Of a stretch of DNA of 32,000 nucleotides, positions 1 through 8,907 are shown piece after piece. Position 1 is the first letter of the stretch, and each line of letters starts with the position of its first letter. The DNA is from Candidatus Thorarchaeota archaeon. GTDB lineage: Archaea > Asgardarchaeota > Thorarchaeia > Thorarchaeales > Thorarchaeaceae. The notes beneath the pieces are model-generated. The model had not been told where the DNA came from. It ran no database searches and was given only the letters and a program-made list of their open reading frames with translations. The stretch covers positions 1-32,000 of the forward strand of contig PRDJ01000041.1 in assembly GCA_003345555.1 (NCBI GenBank). The letters are read 5' to 3'. Made by a program: the position numbers and the translations under genes.

Positions 1-52
1 AGACACTGACATGTAGCATCCAAGCCTACTGAAGCTTGGAGCGGGTGTTGAC

Positions 53-517
53 ATGGCTGAATCAGAACCCACTTCCATCGCGCAGCTGAAACCCGTGTTT
101 CGCCCCCCACTGGTTATCTTCAAGGTGCTTGACATAAACGAACCAAGAGATGTTCGGGTGAAGAGGACAGGTCTGATTCATAGAGTCGCTGATGCAACCG
201 TGGCAGACTCGACAGGCCGAATCACGCTTACGCTGTGGGACTTCGATATCGACGAGGTTGCTGCTGGCAAGACGTACATGTTAAGGAACGGCCGCATCAA
301 CGTGCGCGACGAATGCATGAGCCTCACCCGTGGATTCTCTGGGGAGTTCCATGCGGTCTCGGAACCAATCGCCCGTGTTTCTGAGTCCCCCGACATGAGC
401 AGACCCTTTGCTGGTGTGACAATCAGACGAAGAAGAGGTGAATCCGGAAAAGGACGCAACTTCCAAGGTACAATGGGGAGAGAGGCAAGAGGATTCTGCT
501 CGAGGAAGTCGTTCTAA
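53..517 (+). CDS. ssb: Single OB-fold ssDNA-binding protein, crenarchaeal SSB / hSSB1-like, with Gly/Arg-rich tail
   Basis: LKP...IFKVLD...VADSTGRITLTLWD matches the Sulfolobus SSB and hSSB1 OB-fold pattern; basic tail RRRRGESGKGR; GGGTG purine-rich motif before ATG 53. Confidence 0.8.
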   Translation: MAESEPTSIAQLKPVFRPPLVIFKVLDINEPRDVRVKRTGLIHRVADATVADSTGRITLTLWDFDIDEVAAGKTYMLRNGRINVRDECMSLTRGFSGEFHAVSEPIARVSESPDMSRPFAGVTIRRRRGESGKGRNFQGTMGREARGFCSRKSF

Positions 518-644
518 GAACGCACATCGGACCCGTAAGAAACAGACTCTGCTAGTAAGACACCCTCTTCCGCGATACGGATGAAGTCATGATGCATGGA
601 GGAAGTGCTTTTGAGCCGGCAACATTCCTAAAGTCCGAGCGACA

Positions 645-1544
645 ATGAGAGTTGCTATACAGGGTGAGTCTATTCCCTATCCTATCGCTGTGCTTCGCGG
701 CAAGCTCAGGCTCAGTGGTGTTCCTTACCTAGAGACAGAGGAGATAATCTCGGAGGTTCTTGCCACGTCCAGCAAGAGACCACCAACTGAACAGACTGTA
801 ACCAAGCTTGTCAGAGACCGGGTGAAGTCACATCATTCTGCGGCATTGCCACGATTCGATATTCTCATTAAGTATGACTTGTCGAGAAGTGCTGATAGAG
901 CACTGCCTCCTGTTGTTCTTGTCCTAGAAGGAGCATCTGCAACGGGCAAGTCGATGCTCTCACTGCCGATGATACTGAACCTCGCGGCCACACGGGTGAT
1001 CGGCACTGATACAATCCGGCAGGTGCTCAGAGCAGTCTACAGCGAACGCGATCACCCCGAGTTGTACTGCCACACGTACCAAGCTTACGAGTACCGTCAG
1101 GTGGGTCCCAAGGAATTGAGCCCAATTGTAAGAGGGTATCTTGCTCAATGCGAGCTTATCGAGCCCGTCGTAAGGGACCTTGTTGAGAGGATAGCTCAAG
1201 AAGGAGCAGATGCGGTGATTGAGGGCGTCCATATTAGGCCGGGAACGTTGAAAGGGCTGAGCGCAGGAGTCATTGAAGCCGTCGTGGAGCCGGGAGAAGA
1301 CTCCCATAGAGCGATGTTCATGACAAAGCACGCGGCCGCGAAACTGAGGACTGTCAGCGGAGACCATGCAACCAGGGAAAGAGAATTTCAAGCCACCAGA
1401 TTGATTCAGGAGTATCTAGTAGATATGGCTAGGCGCGCTGGAGTTCATATATTGCAGCTATCGGATTACGACCAGGCAGAGAAAGACATGTGTAACTTGG
1501 TGGTTGAGTCCGCGAAGAGAATCATTGAGATGGGAGGAAAATGA
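645..1544 (+). CDS. 2-phosphoglycerate kinase family protein (ATP-cone-like N-terminus plus P-loop kinase)
   Basis: Walker A GASATGKS; GTDTIRQVLR; IEGVHI; N-terminus IPYPIAVLRGKLRLSG resembles the PFSRGIL..SL..AG ATP-cone of archaeal 2PGK. Substrate not certain. Confidence 0.72.
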   Translation: MRVAIQGESIPYPIAVLRGKLRLSGVPYLETEEIISEVLATSSKRPPTEQTVTKLVRDRVKSHHSAALPRFDILIKYDLSRSADRALPPVVLVLEGASATGKSMLSLPMILNLAATRVIGTDTIRQVLRAVYSERDHPELYCHTYQAYEYRQVGPKELSPIVRGYLAQCELIEPVVRDLVERIAQEGADAVIEGVHIRPGTLKGLSAGVIEAVVEPGEDSHRAMFMTKHAAAKLRTVSGDHATREREFQATRLIQEYLVDMARRAGVHILQLSDYDQAEKDMCNLVVESAKRIIEMGGK

Positions 1545-2933
1545 ATGAACTGGAAGGATGAATCTCTGAGTAAGCTCTTCAATCCTGAGACAATCGCTGT
1601 CGTCGGGGCCTCTGACAAGCCGCAGAAGCTGGGCGGTCTTGCCCTCAGGGCTCTCAGCACATCGAAATGTAATCTCATTCCTGTGAACCCTCGGATCTCA
1701 TCGCTTGGCGGCTTGAAGTGCTATCCAAGTGTAGAAGCCGCCGGCCAAGAAGTAGACTTGGCCGTGATTGCCCTTCAGGCCCCACTAATCCTTCCTGCCA
1801 TTCAAGACTGTGCCGCTGCAGGTGTGAAGTCGGCCATTGTCTTCTCTGCAGGCTTCAGGGAGCTCGGTGAAGCGGGCGAAGAACTCCAAGCACAAATGAA
1901 AGCTGTCGCGGATGCAGCTCATATCGCGATCATCGGGCCCAACTGCCTAGGTGCCGGCAACAGTAACATCGGGCTGAACGCGACATTCTTTCCACACCCC
2001 GTTGAGCTGAAAAAGGGAAAGGTCTCACTCGTGAGCCAGAGCGGCGGCGTTGCTGGATTGATGATATATGCTGCGTCAGATGCTGGCCTCGGCATCGCGA
2101 AGTTCGCCAGCATCGGCAATAGGGTAAACGTAGATTTCGATGACATGCTGAGGTTCTTGGCTCAAGATTCTGAGACGGAAGTCGTGTGTCTTTTCGTTGA
2201 AGGCACCGAACGCGGGAGATCTATGTATGAGGAGATGGCAAAGCTTACTCCGAGGAAGCCAGTGGTCGTATACAAGGTTGGTAAGACCCCCGCAGCCATG
2301 AGAGCAGCAAGGAGCCATACAGGTAGCCTTGCAGGACAGCAGAGACTGTATAGCGCCGCAGTTCATCAAGCCAAGGGCATCGAAGTAGATACCGTCTCGG
2401 ACATGATTGATGCGGCTAAAGTGCTGGTGGCAAGTTCCGGCCGACGCCGCGGCCCAAACGCTGTAATTCTGACCCACACGCTCGGACCGGCTCTCATCGT
2501 TGCCCAGATACTGGAGGAACGCGGCATCAGACTTCCGATGCCACTGCCTGACACGGCGACGACCATTGAAGAGATGCTGTCAATGCCGGTTCACGTACCG
2601 ATATCCAACCCCGTTGACTTGCTGGCTCAAGGGTGGTCAGAACCCCGAATCTTCGCGGGAGCCCTAGAACTGCTGTTGAAAGATGACAGATACGACGCTC
2701 TGATGACTGTCTTCTCCCCGAACTACCAAGAGGATATCGGGGGTGGTATGCCCGTCGAACATATCGTCAGATGTGCAAACGAGTCGGACAAGATAGTCAT
2801 CGCGGTCTTGAACGCACCGGAATCTAGACCTCCTCCCGGTAGATCTGTTCTCGAGGAGGGAGGAATCCCTGTGTTCTTTAGTCCGGAACGGGCAGCACGT
2901 GCGTTGGCCAGTGTACTTGCCACGAAGGACTGA
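1545..2933 (+). CDS. acdA: Acyl/acetate-CoA ligase (NDP-forming) alpha-subunit-like protein
   Basis: CoA-binding IAVVGAS..KLG; IIGPNCLG; SQSGG; SIGNRVNVDFDD; phospho-His motif HTGSLAG; NPVDL. No ATP-grasp beta subunit in window. GGAGG SD lies in the end of the upstream gene (TGA-ATG junction). Confidence 0.82.
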   Translation: MNWKDESLSKLFNPETIAVVGASDKPQKLGGLALRALSTSKCNLIPVNPRISSLGGLKCYPSVEAAGQEVDLAVIALQAPLILPAIQDCAAAGVKSAIVFSAGFRELGEAGEELQAQMKAVADAAHIAIIGPNCLGAGNSNIGLNATFFPHPVELKKGKVSLVSQSGGVAGLMIYAASDAGLGIAKFASIGNRVNVDFDDMLRFLAQDSETEVVCLFVEGTERGRSMYEEMAKLTPRKPVVVYKVGKTPAAMRAARSHTGSLAGQQRLYSAAVHQAKGIEVDTVSDMIDAAKVLVASSGRRRGPNAVILTHTLGPALIVAQILEERGIRLPMPLPDTATTIEEMLSMPVHVPISNPVDLLAQGWSEPRIFAGALELLLKDDRYDALMTVFSPNYQEDIGGGMPVEHIVRCANESDKIVIAVLNAPESRPPPGRSVLEEGGIPVFFSPERAARALASVLATKD

Positions 2934-3086
2934 ACTCAAAGTTTCACACTTGTTCACAACACGCCGAGAGATACTACGGTCGTGAGATGTGGTCTCGTCT
3001 TCTGCAAACATATTTGTGGACGTGAAATGAATCAATGCAGACAGTCCCTAGTCCAAAAAGGGGCCAAGATGGTGCAGGGAAACGAG

Positions 3087-5690
3087 ATGAGCATATCGAC
3101 GCCTATGAGGCAGCAGTACACGCAGCTGAAAAGACAGTACCCTGACTGCCTGCTTATGTTCAGGCTAGGAGACTTCTTTGAGTTATTCAATGAAGACGCC
3201 AAGACCGCGAGTCAGGTCCTCGACATAGTATTGACTGCGCGCGGTGAAGGTGTCGACAAGTGGCCCATGTGCGGAGTGCCGTACCATGCCGTTGAGACCT
3301 ATGTGGCAAGACTGCTGCAAGCCGGGTACACAGTCGCGATGGCAGACCAAGTTGAAGATCCTGCAAAAGCGAAAGGACTCGTCAGACGCGAAATCGTCCG
3401 AGTCTTGACGCCCGGTACTTTGCTCGAACCCGGGATGCTGCAGGAGGCCTCAAACAACTACCTTGTTGCAATGATAGAGCATGAGACCAGGGTGGGTATT
3501 GCTGTAGTCGACGTCTCGACCGGCGAGTTCGCAGTAACTGAGTTTGAGGGTAGGATAACCGGTGAGAAAGCTGTAAATGAACTTGGGCGACTTGGGCCAG
3601 CTGAGCTCCTGTTACCTGACTCTGTCTCGAAACGAGCAGACGTCAAGGCAGTGTTGGAGAATACAGGAGCCAAGATCACATTCAGGACCGACCTTGATTT
3701 CTCATCTTCATCCGCTGAGGAGCGGCTGAAGGAAAGATTCAGAGTGGCCACCCTTGAAGGATACGGCCTCTCTGGGAAGAGAGTAGCAATTGGGGCCGCG
3801 GGCGCGATATTGGCATATCTCAATGAGGTCCACAAGAACAATGCGATAACGCTGTCGGGGATCAGGGCATATTCTCTTGACGATTTCATGATTATCGACA
3901 ATATCACAGTAAGGAATCTCGAACTGGTCAGGAATGCTAGGGACGGGACACCAAGAGGGACACTCCTGAGTGTAGTCTCCAGCAGCGAGACATCGATGGG
4001 CAAGAGGAAACTGAGGAGTTGGATACTGCAGCCCTTGATGAATGAGGAAGCTATTGGAATGCGGCTTGATGCAGTGGAGGAACTTGCCCGAGGAGCTCTT
4101 ATTCGGCAAGCGCTGTCTGAGAGTCTTCGCCATCTAGGTGACCTTGAGAGGATAACCAGCAGGACAGTGTTTGGGACTGCCAATGGAAGAGACCTAGTTG
4201 CCCTCAGAAACGCATTGACGCGAATTCCGTCCGTTAAGAAAGCACTGACAGGCTGCAGTTCAATGATACTGAAGGAGGCGGCGGAATCAATCGACTCCTT
4301 ACCTGAGCTGGCGGACATATTGCAGAAAGCGCTGGTTGATGATCCGCCTGTAAGCGTGCGTGAAGGAAGAATGATTCGAGAGGGCTACAGTGATGACCTT
4401 GATCAGCTGAAGAAATCTATCTCGTCCGACAAGAAATGGATTGCATCACTTCAAGAGCGAGAACGCAGGCGCACCGGCATCAAGACATTGAAGGTGGGAT
4501 ACAACAAGGTCTTTGGCTACTATATTGAAGTTAGCAGTTCCAATGCCAGCCATGTTCCAAAGGACTACGAAAGAAAACAGACACTCGTTAGTGGAGAGAG
4601 ATACATCACACCGGAACTGAAGGAAAAGGAATCTTCTGTATTGGCCGGAGAAGACAGAATCAGTGAGTTGGAGTATGAGCTTTACGAGAGACTAAGAACT
4701 CAAGTCAAGGATGTTATGAACGTTCTGCAGCGTGACTCAGATGTCGTGGCCACAGTCGATGCTCTCTCCAGCTTGGCTGAGACTGCCGTGAAGAGAAGGT
4801 ACGTCAGACCAAGAGTGCACACAGGAACACGGATCAGCATTGTCGACGGCCGTCACCCTGCCCTTGAGATGATTCTGGGACCGAACGAGTTTGTGCCGAA
4901 TAGCGTGGATATAGGTGATGGCGGCACGACGCTCCTCATTGTGACTGGACCCAACATGGCCGGAAAGAGCACTTACATGAGACAGGCGGCGCTCATTGTG
5001 TTAATGGCACAGATGGGGTCATTCGTGCCCGCAAAGGAAGCCGAGATAGGACTCGTTGATAGAATCTTTACAAGAGTGGGCGCATTTGATGACCTGACAG
5101 CCAAGCAAAGCACGTTCATGGTAGAGATGATTGAGACTGCAAACATACTGAACAATGCCACTGAGAGAAGCATGGTCGTGCTAGACGAAATCGGCAGAGG
5201 AACCTCAACGTTCGATGGCATGGCACTTGCATGGGCTGTGGCAGAACGCATCGTACATCTGAAAACCCGAACCCTGTTCGCAACCCACTTCCATCAACTA
5301 ACGGATATGTCAGGCTTATACCATGGAGTCAAGAACGTACACACACTTGCTCGAGAATCAGGAGACACAATCATCTTTCTTCACAAGGTTGTTGACGGCG
5401 GCACGGACAAGAGCTATGGAGTTCACGTAGCAGCTCTAGCAGGCATCCCGGAACCAGTTGTCAGGAGGGCTAGAGAGATCCTAGCTCGACTAGAGCAGGA
5501 GAATGCTACAGACCTTGGTAAGACTACCGGCACGTCCACTGGGTTGCTTCAGACGTCTCTCGAACCTCTGATGGCTGATGACCCGCTGATAGAACGCATT
5601 ACCCATATGGATCTTGAGAGGACTAGTCCAATTGACGCACTGCTCCAGCTCAAGGAGATGCAGGACGAGGTCAAGAAACGAAAGAGATAG
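3087..5690 (+). CDS. mutS: DNA mismatch repair protein MutS (MutS1 type)
   Basis: TPMRQQY, FRLGDFFELF (Phe-X-Glu mismatch motif), PMCGVPYH, GPNMAGKSTY (Walker A), DEIGRGTST (Walker B), FATHFH, SYGVHVA. Start placed at ATG 3087 by homology (3069 possible), not the ORF-track 2982. Confidence 0.97.
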   Translation: MSISTPMRQQYTQLKRQYPDCLLMFRLGDFFELFNEDAKTASQVLDIVLTARGEGVDKWPMCGVPYHAVETYVARLLQAGYTVAMADQVEDPAKAKGLVRREIVRVLTPGTLLEPGMLQEASNNYLVAMIEHETRVGIAVVDVSTGEFAVTEFEGRITGEKAVNELGRLGPAELLLPDSVSKRADVKAVLENTGAKITFRTDLDFSSSSAEERLKERFRVATLEGYGLSGKRVAIGAAGAILAYLNEVHKNNAITLSGIRAYSLDDFMIIDNITVRNLELVRNARDGTPRGTLLSVVSSSETSMGKRKLRSWILQPLMNEEAIGMRLDAVEELARGALIRQALSESLRHLGDLERITSRTVFGTANGRDLVALRNALTRIPSVKKALTGCSSMILKEAAESIDSLPELADILQKALVDDPPVSVREGRMIREGYSDDLDQLKKSISSDKKWIASLQERERRRTGIKTLKVGYNKVFGYYIEVSSSNASHVPKDYERKQTLVSGERYITPELKEKESSVLAGEDRISELEYELYERLRTQVKDVMNVLQRDSDVVATVDALSSLAETAVKRRYVRPRVHTGTRISIVDGRHPALEMILGPNEFVPNSVDIGDGGTTLLIVTGPNMAGKSTYMRQAALIVLMAQMGSFVPAKEAEIGLVDRIFTRVGAFDDLTAKQSTFMVEMIETANILNNATERSMVVLDEIGRGTSTFDGMALAWAVAERIVHLKTRTLFATHFHQLTDMSGLYHGVKNVHTLARESGDTIIFLHKVVDGGTDKSYGVHVAALAGIPEPVVRRAREILARLEQENATDLGKTTGTSTGLLQTSLEPLMADDPLIERITHMDLERTSPIDALLQLKEMQDEVKKRKR

Positions 5691-5849
5691 TCCACGGACG
5701 TACACCCCGAGGTGAGCCTGTACAGAATTCGCTGGGAGAGCATTCAATACCAGGCAATCATAGGCCGAATCAATGAGGAGACCCAGAAGGCTTAATTGCA
5801 TGCGCAGATAGGCGGCTTTCTGTAGACATCGAACGGAGTGCAAATCGCC

Positions 5850-6512
5850 ATGAAGCCGCTGATATCGCCTTCAGTCTTATCTGCGAACTTCGCGAGACTA
5901 CAAGAGGACATTAGGGCTGCAGAGAAAGGCGGGGGAGAACGGTTCCATTTGGATGTAATGGACGGGCACTTTGTTCCAAACATCAGCTTTGGCCCGATGA
6001 TCGTGAGAACAATGAAGAAGGTCACCAATGTACCGCTCGATGCCCACCTCATGATTTCAGATCCTGACAAGTACATACCTGAGTTCGTCGACGCTGGAGC
6101 CGAGTTCGTCATCCCGCACATAGAGGCCTCGTATGATGTCTATAGGTCAGTTCAGCTGATCATAGAGCTGGGAGCAAAGGCTGGGATTGCATTGAACCCG
6201 GGAACCCCAGTCGAGTGGGTCGAGCCATTGTTGGATAAGATCGACTTGGTGCTCATCATGAGTGTGTGTCCCGGTTTCGGAGGCCAGAAGTTCCAGCCAC
6301 AGTCACTCAAGAGAATCAAGGCACTACGATCACTGCTTGATAAGGCCAACCCAGGTGTTCACATTGCAGTTGATGGTGGGGTGAAGAAAGAGAATATTGT
6401 TGAGATTAGCGCGTCGGGGGCAGACATTCTGGTAGCGGGTTCTGCCATCTTTGAGGCCCAAGATATCGAGAAAGCAGTCAGAGAACTGAAACGGCTTATC
6501 GACAAACAGTGA
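5850..6512 (+). CDS. rpe: Ribulose-phosphate 3-epimerase
   Basis: SPSVLSANF, HLDVMDGHFVPNISFG, DAHLM, MSVCPGFGGQKF, VDGGV, VAGSAIF. ATG 5850 preferred over GTG 5838. Confidence 0.97.
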   Translation: MKPLISPSVLSANFARLQEDIRAAEKGGGERFHLDVMDGHFVPNISFGPMIVRTMKKVTNVPLDAHLMISDPDKYIPEFVDAGAEFVIPHIEASYDVYRSVQLIIELGAKAGIALNPGTPVEWVEPLLDKIDLVLIMSVCPGFGGQKFQPQSLKRIKALRSLLDKANPGVHIAVDGGVKKENIVEISASGADILVAGSAIFEAQDIEKAVRELKRLIDKQ

Positions 6513-6587
6513 AAGGAAACGGACATAAACCCGACAGATGCCTTCAGAGCATGGTCAATCCATACTGAAACTGGAGACGATACTGGG

Positions 6588-7259
6588 ATGAAGTTCTTCA
6601 TTGATACAGCGAACGTACAAGCGATAAGAGAGGCACATGATCGCGGAATGGTGGACGGCGTTACCACGAACCCATCTCTTGTCGCCAAGGAAGGCCGTGG
6701 TTTCAAAGAGATCGTCTTGGAGATTGCATCATTCGTTAAAGGCCCAATCAGCATCGAAGTCGTAGCAACGGACTACGAAGGTATGATGAGAGAGGCCAGA
6801 GACCTGAACGGATGGATTGACAATGCGGCAATCAAGATACCCATGACTTGGGATGGACTCAAGGCAGTCAGGAAGTGCGCCGACGAAGGCATTAAGACGA
6901 ACGTTACGCTCTGCTTCAGTCCAAACCAAGCACTGTTGGCGGCAAAAGCTGGTGCGACATTCATGTCGCCTTTCATCGGTCGCCTCGATGATGTCGGCCA
7001 TGTTGGGATGGATATAATACCCGACATAGTTCAAATCTACTCGAATTACGGATACAAGACAGAGATTATCGTGGCAAGCATACGACATCCCGTGCATGTG
7101 TACGAAGCCGCCTTGGCAGGTGCGCACATCGCAACGATTCCGCCGGATGTTTTGGACAAGATGGTGAAGCATCCGCTGACGGACGTGGGGATTGAGAAGT
7201 TCCTCGCTGACTACAAGAAGATACCTCCGGCCGCCGAGCCAAAGAAGCATGGCAGATAA
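6588..7259 (+). CDS. tal: Transaldolase (short TalC/FSA-like family)
   Basis: [14 protein letters not shown], Schiff-base Lys in AIKIP, NVTLCFS, ASIRHP. Glu in SIEV and Phe in SPFIGR are the transaldolase-type rather than FSA-type (Gln/Tyr) residues. Confidence 0.93.
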   Translation: MKFFIDTANVQAIREAHDRGMVDGVTTNPSLVAKEGRGFKEIVLEIASFVKGPISIEVVATDYEGMMREARDLNGWIDNAAIKIPMTWDGLKAVRKCADEGIKTNVTLCFSPNQALLAAKAGATFMSPFIGRLDDVGHVGMDIIPDIVQIYSNYGYKTEIIVASIRHPVHVYEAALAGAHIATIPPDVLDKMVKHPLTDVGIEKFLADYKKIPPAAEPKKHGR

Positions 7260-7337
7260 GATGTCTATCTGCGTATGATAATACAGCAAGAATGATATGC
7301 CAACTTGAGCCAATGTACTACGAGCAGGGTGTCGCCA

Positions 7338-8897
7338 ATGAAGTTGCAGGCAGACCTCGTAGTATTCAACGGAAACATCATCACGATGGATCCGGAGAAT
7401 CCAACGGCCACGGCATTAGCAGTCAAGAACTACAAGCTTATCGCAGTGGGTAGCGATACACAGGTCTTTGACCTTGTGACGAATGCCCGAAAAGCCATGG
7501 ATCTAGGAGGGAAGACCGTAGTTCCGGGTTTCGTGGATGCCCACACTCACATCACAAACGCTGGCATGAGAACTTCGCAAGTGAATCTGGAATCGAAGCT
7601 TTCTATCGCAGAGGTAAAACAAGCCCTGAGTGATGCGCTTTCGAGATGTAGCCCCGGGCAGTGGGTTCGCGGGTTTGGATGGGATGAGAGCTTTTGGCCT
7701 GAGAAGAGGTATCTCACGGCTGCCGATTTGGACGAGGTCGCCAAAGAATTCCCAATTGCTGTCGATAGGGTTGATGGGCATCTGACCTCTGTCAACAGTC
7801 TTGCATTGAAGAAGCTGGGCATTTCTCTGGATCAGGAAGGCGTCCTCAAGGACAAGAGGGGAAAGCCCACCGGAGTACTGAGGGATGTTGAGAATCTCTG
7901 GAAGAAGGTGGCTCCCTCACCTGAAGAAATCAGGCAAGGCGTCTTGGCAGCGAGTCGGATCGCCAGTGAATGTGGCATCACAACACTCGTAGATAACGAA
8001 CGGCCCGGCATATTCCGGTACGTAAGGGCATGCGAACAGGAGGAGCTTCTTGGCGTAAGAATGGTGGTCAACCAACACGCTGAAGTCATAAAGAACATGA
8101 TCGAGCTTGGAATCACGTCAGGCATGGGCGGATCCATGGTGAAAATTGGCGGCATGAAGTCGTTCATGGATGGGTCGATTGGGGCGAGGACTGCAGCTTT
8201 GTCACAGCCCTATAGTGATGACAAGCGCAACAAAGGTAGGATGCTCACATCGCAGAAAGAAATGACGGCACTGCTGAAGAAAGCCATCAAGAACGAAATA
8301 CAAACTGTCACACATGCAATCGGAGATGATGCGATTGAGACTCTTATTTCTGCGTTCGAAAGCTTGAGTGAGGATGAAAAGGCCAAAGTCAGGAATCAGC
8401 GGCACAGAATAGAACACGCGGAGATGATCAGCGAAAGCCAGATTCGACGGGCGGTAGCTCTAGGTTTGATTCTATCGATGCAACCCAATTTCGTTGGCGT
8501 GTGGCAGCAGAAAGGGGGTCTCTATGAGCAAAGACTTGGGCCAGAGCGAGTTTCGAAGATGAACATGTTCAGAGTGGCACTTGATAATGGAGCACGTTTA
8601 TGCTTCGGCTCAGATGGGATGCCGTATGGTCCGCTCTACGGCATTTGGTCGGCAATAGCGCATCCGAATCCGAAAGTCAGGATTACAGTCGAAGAGGCAC
8701 TGCGCTGCTACACGATGGAGAGTGCTTACTCGGCATTCATGGAGACGAAAATAGGAAGTCTCACCGAAGGAAAGAGAGCCGACTTTGTGATTCTCTCCAA
8801 CAACATCATGACCGTTCACCCACGTAGAATCAGGGACATCAATATTGAAATGACAGTCCTAGGCGGCCGCGTCGAGTTTGGCTTGGCAGGCGGGTGA
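7338..8897 (+). CDS. YtcJ-like metal-dependent amidohydrolase (amidohydrolase_3 family)
   Basis: DLGGKTVVPGFVDAHTH (HxH), GFGWDES, KSFMDGSIGARTAAL, HAIGD, RIEHA, GSDG, GSLTEGKRADFVIL. ATG 7338 preferred. Confidence 0.9.
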   Translation: MKLQADLVVFNGNIITMDPENPTATALAVKNYKLIAVGSDTQVFDLVTNARKAMDLGGKTVVPGFVDAHTHITNAGMRTSQVNLESKLSIAEVKQALSDALSRCSPGQWVRGFGWDESFWPEKRYLTAADLDEVAKEFPIAVDRVDGHLTSVNSLALKKLGISLDQEGVLKDKRGKPTGVLRDVENLWKKVAPSPEEIRQGVLAASRIASECGITTLVDNERPGIFRYVRACEQEELLGVRMVVNQHAEVIKNMIELGITSGMGGSMVKIGGMKSFMDGSIGARTAALSQPYSDDKRNKGRMLTSQKEMTALLKKAIKNEIQTVTHAIGDDAIETLISAFESLSEDEKAKVRNQRHRIEHAEMISESQIRRAVALGLILSMQPNFVGVWQQKGGLYEQRLGPERVSKMNMFRVALDNGARLCFGSDGMPYGPLYGIWSAIAHPNPKVRITVEEALRCYTMESAYSAFMETKIGSLTEGKRADFVILSNNIMTVHPRRIRDINIEMTVLGGRVEFGLAGG

Positions 8898-8907
8898 AGG
8901 TGGACAG

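Noticed and set aside
1542-1547. In-frame TGA-ATG junction as possible selenocysteine/readthrough fusion of the kinase and the acyl-CoA ligase
   Set aside because: Both proteins have complete termini, a GGAGG SD precedes ATG 1545, the TGA is not at a Cys-equivalent position and no SECIS-like element is evident. Ordinary translational coupling explains it.
3458-4318. 286-aa antisense ORF inside mutS, and the other shadow ORFs in the track (e.g. 960-1391, 18004-18423, 19029-19556, 29220-29660, 30479-30925)
   Set aside because: They lie within well-supported genes, have Ser/Arg/Leu-rich non-protein-like composition and show no motifs.
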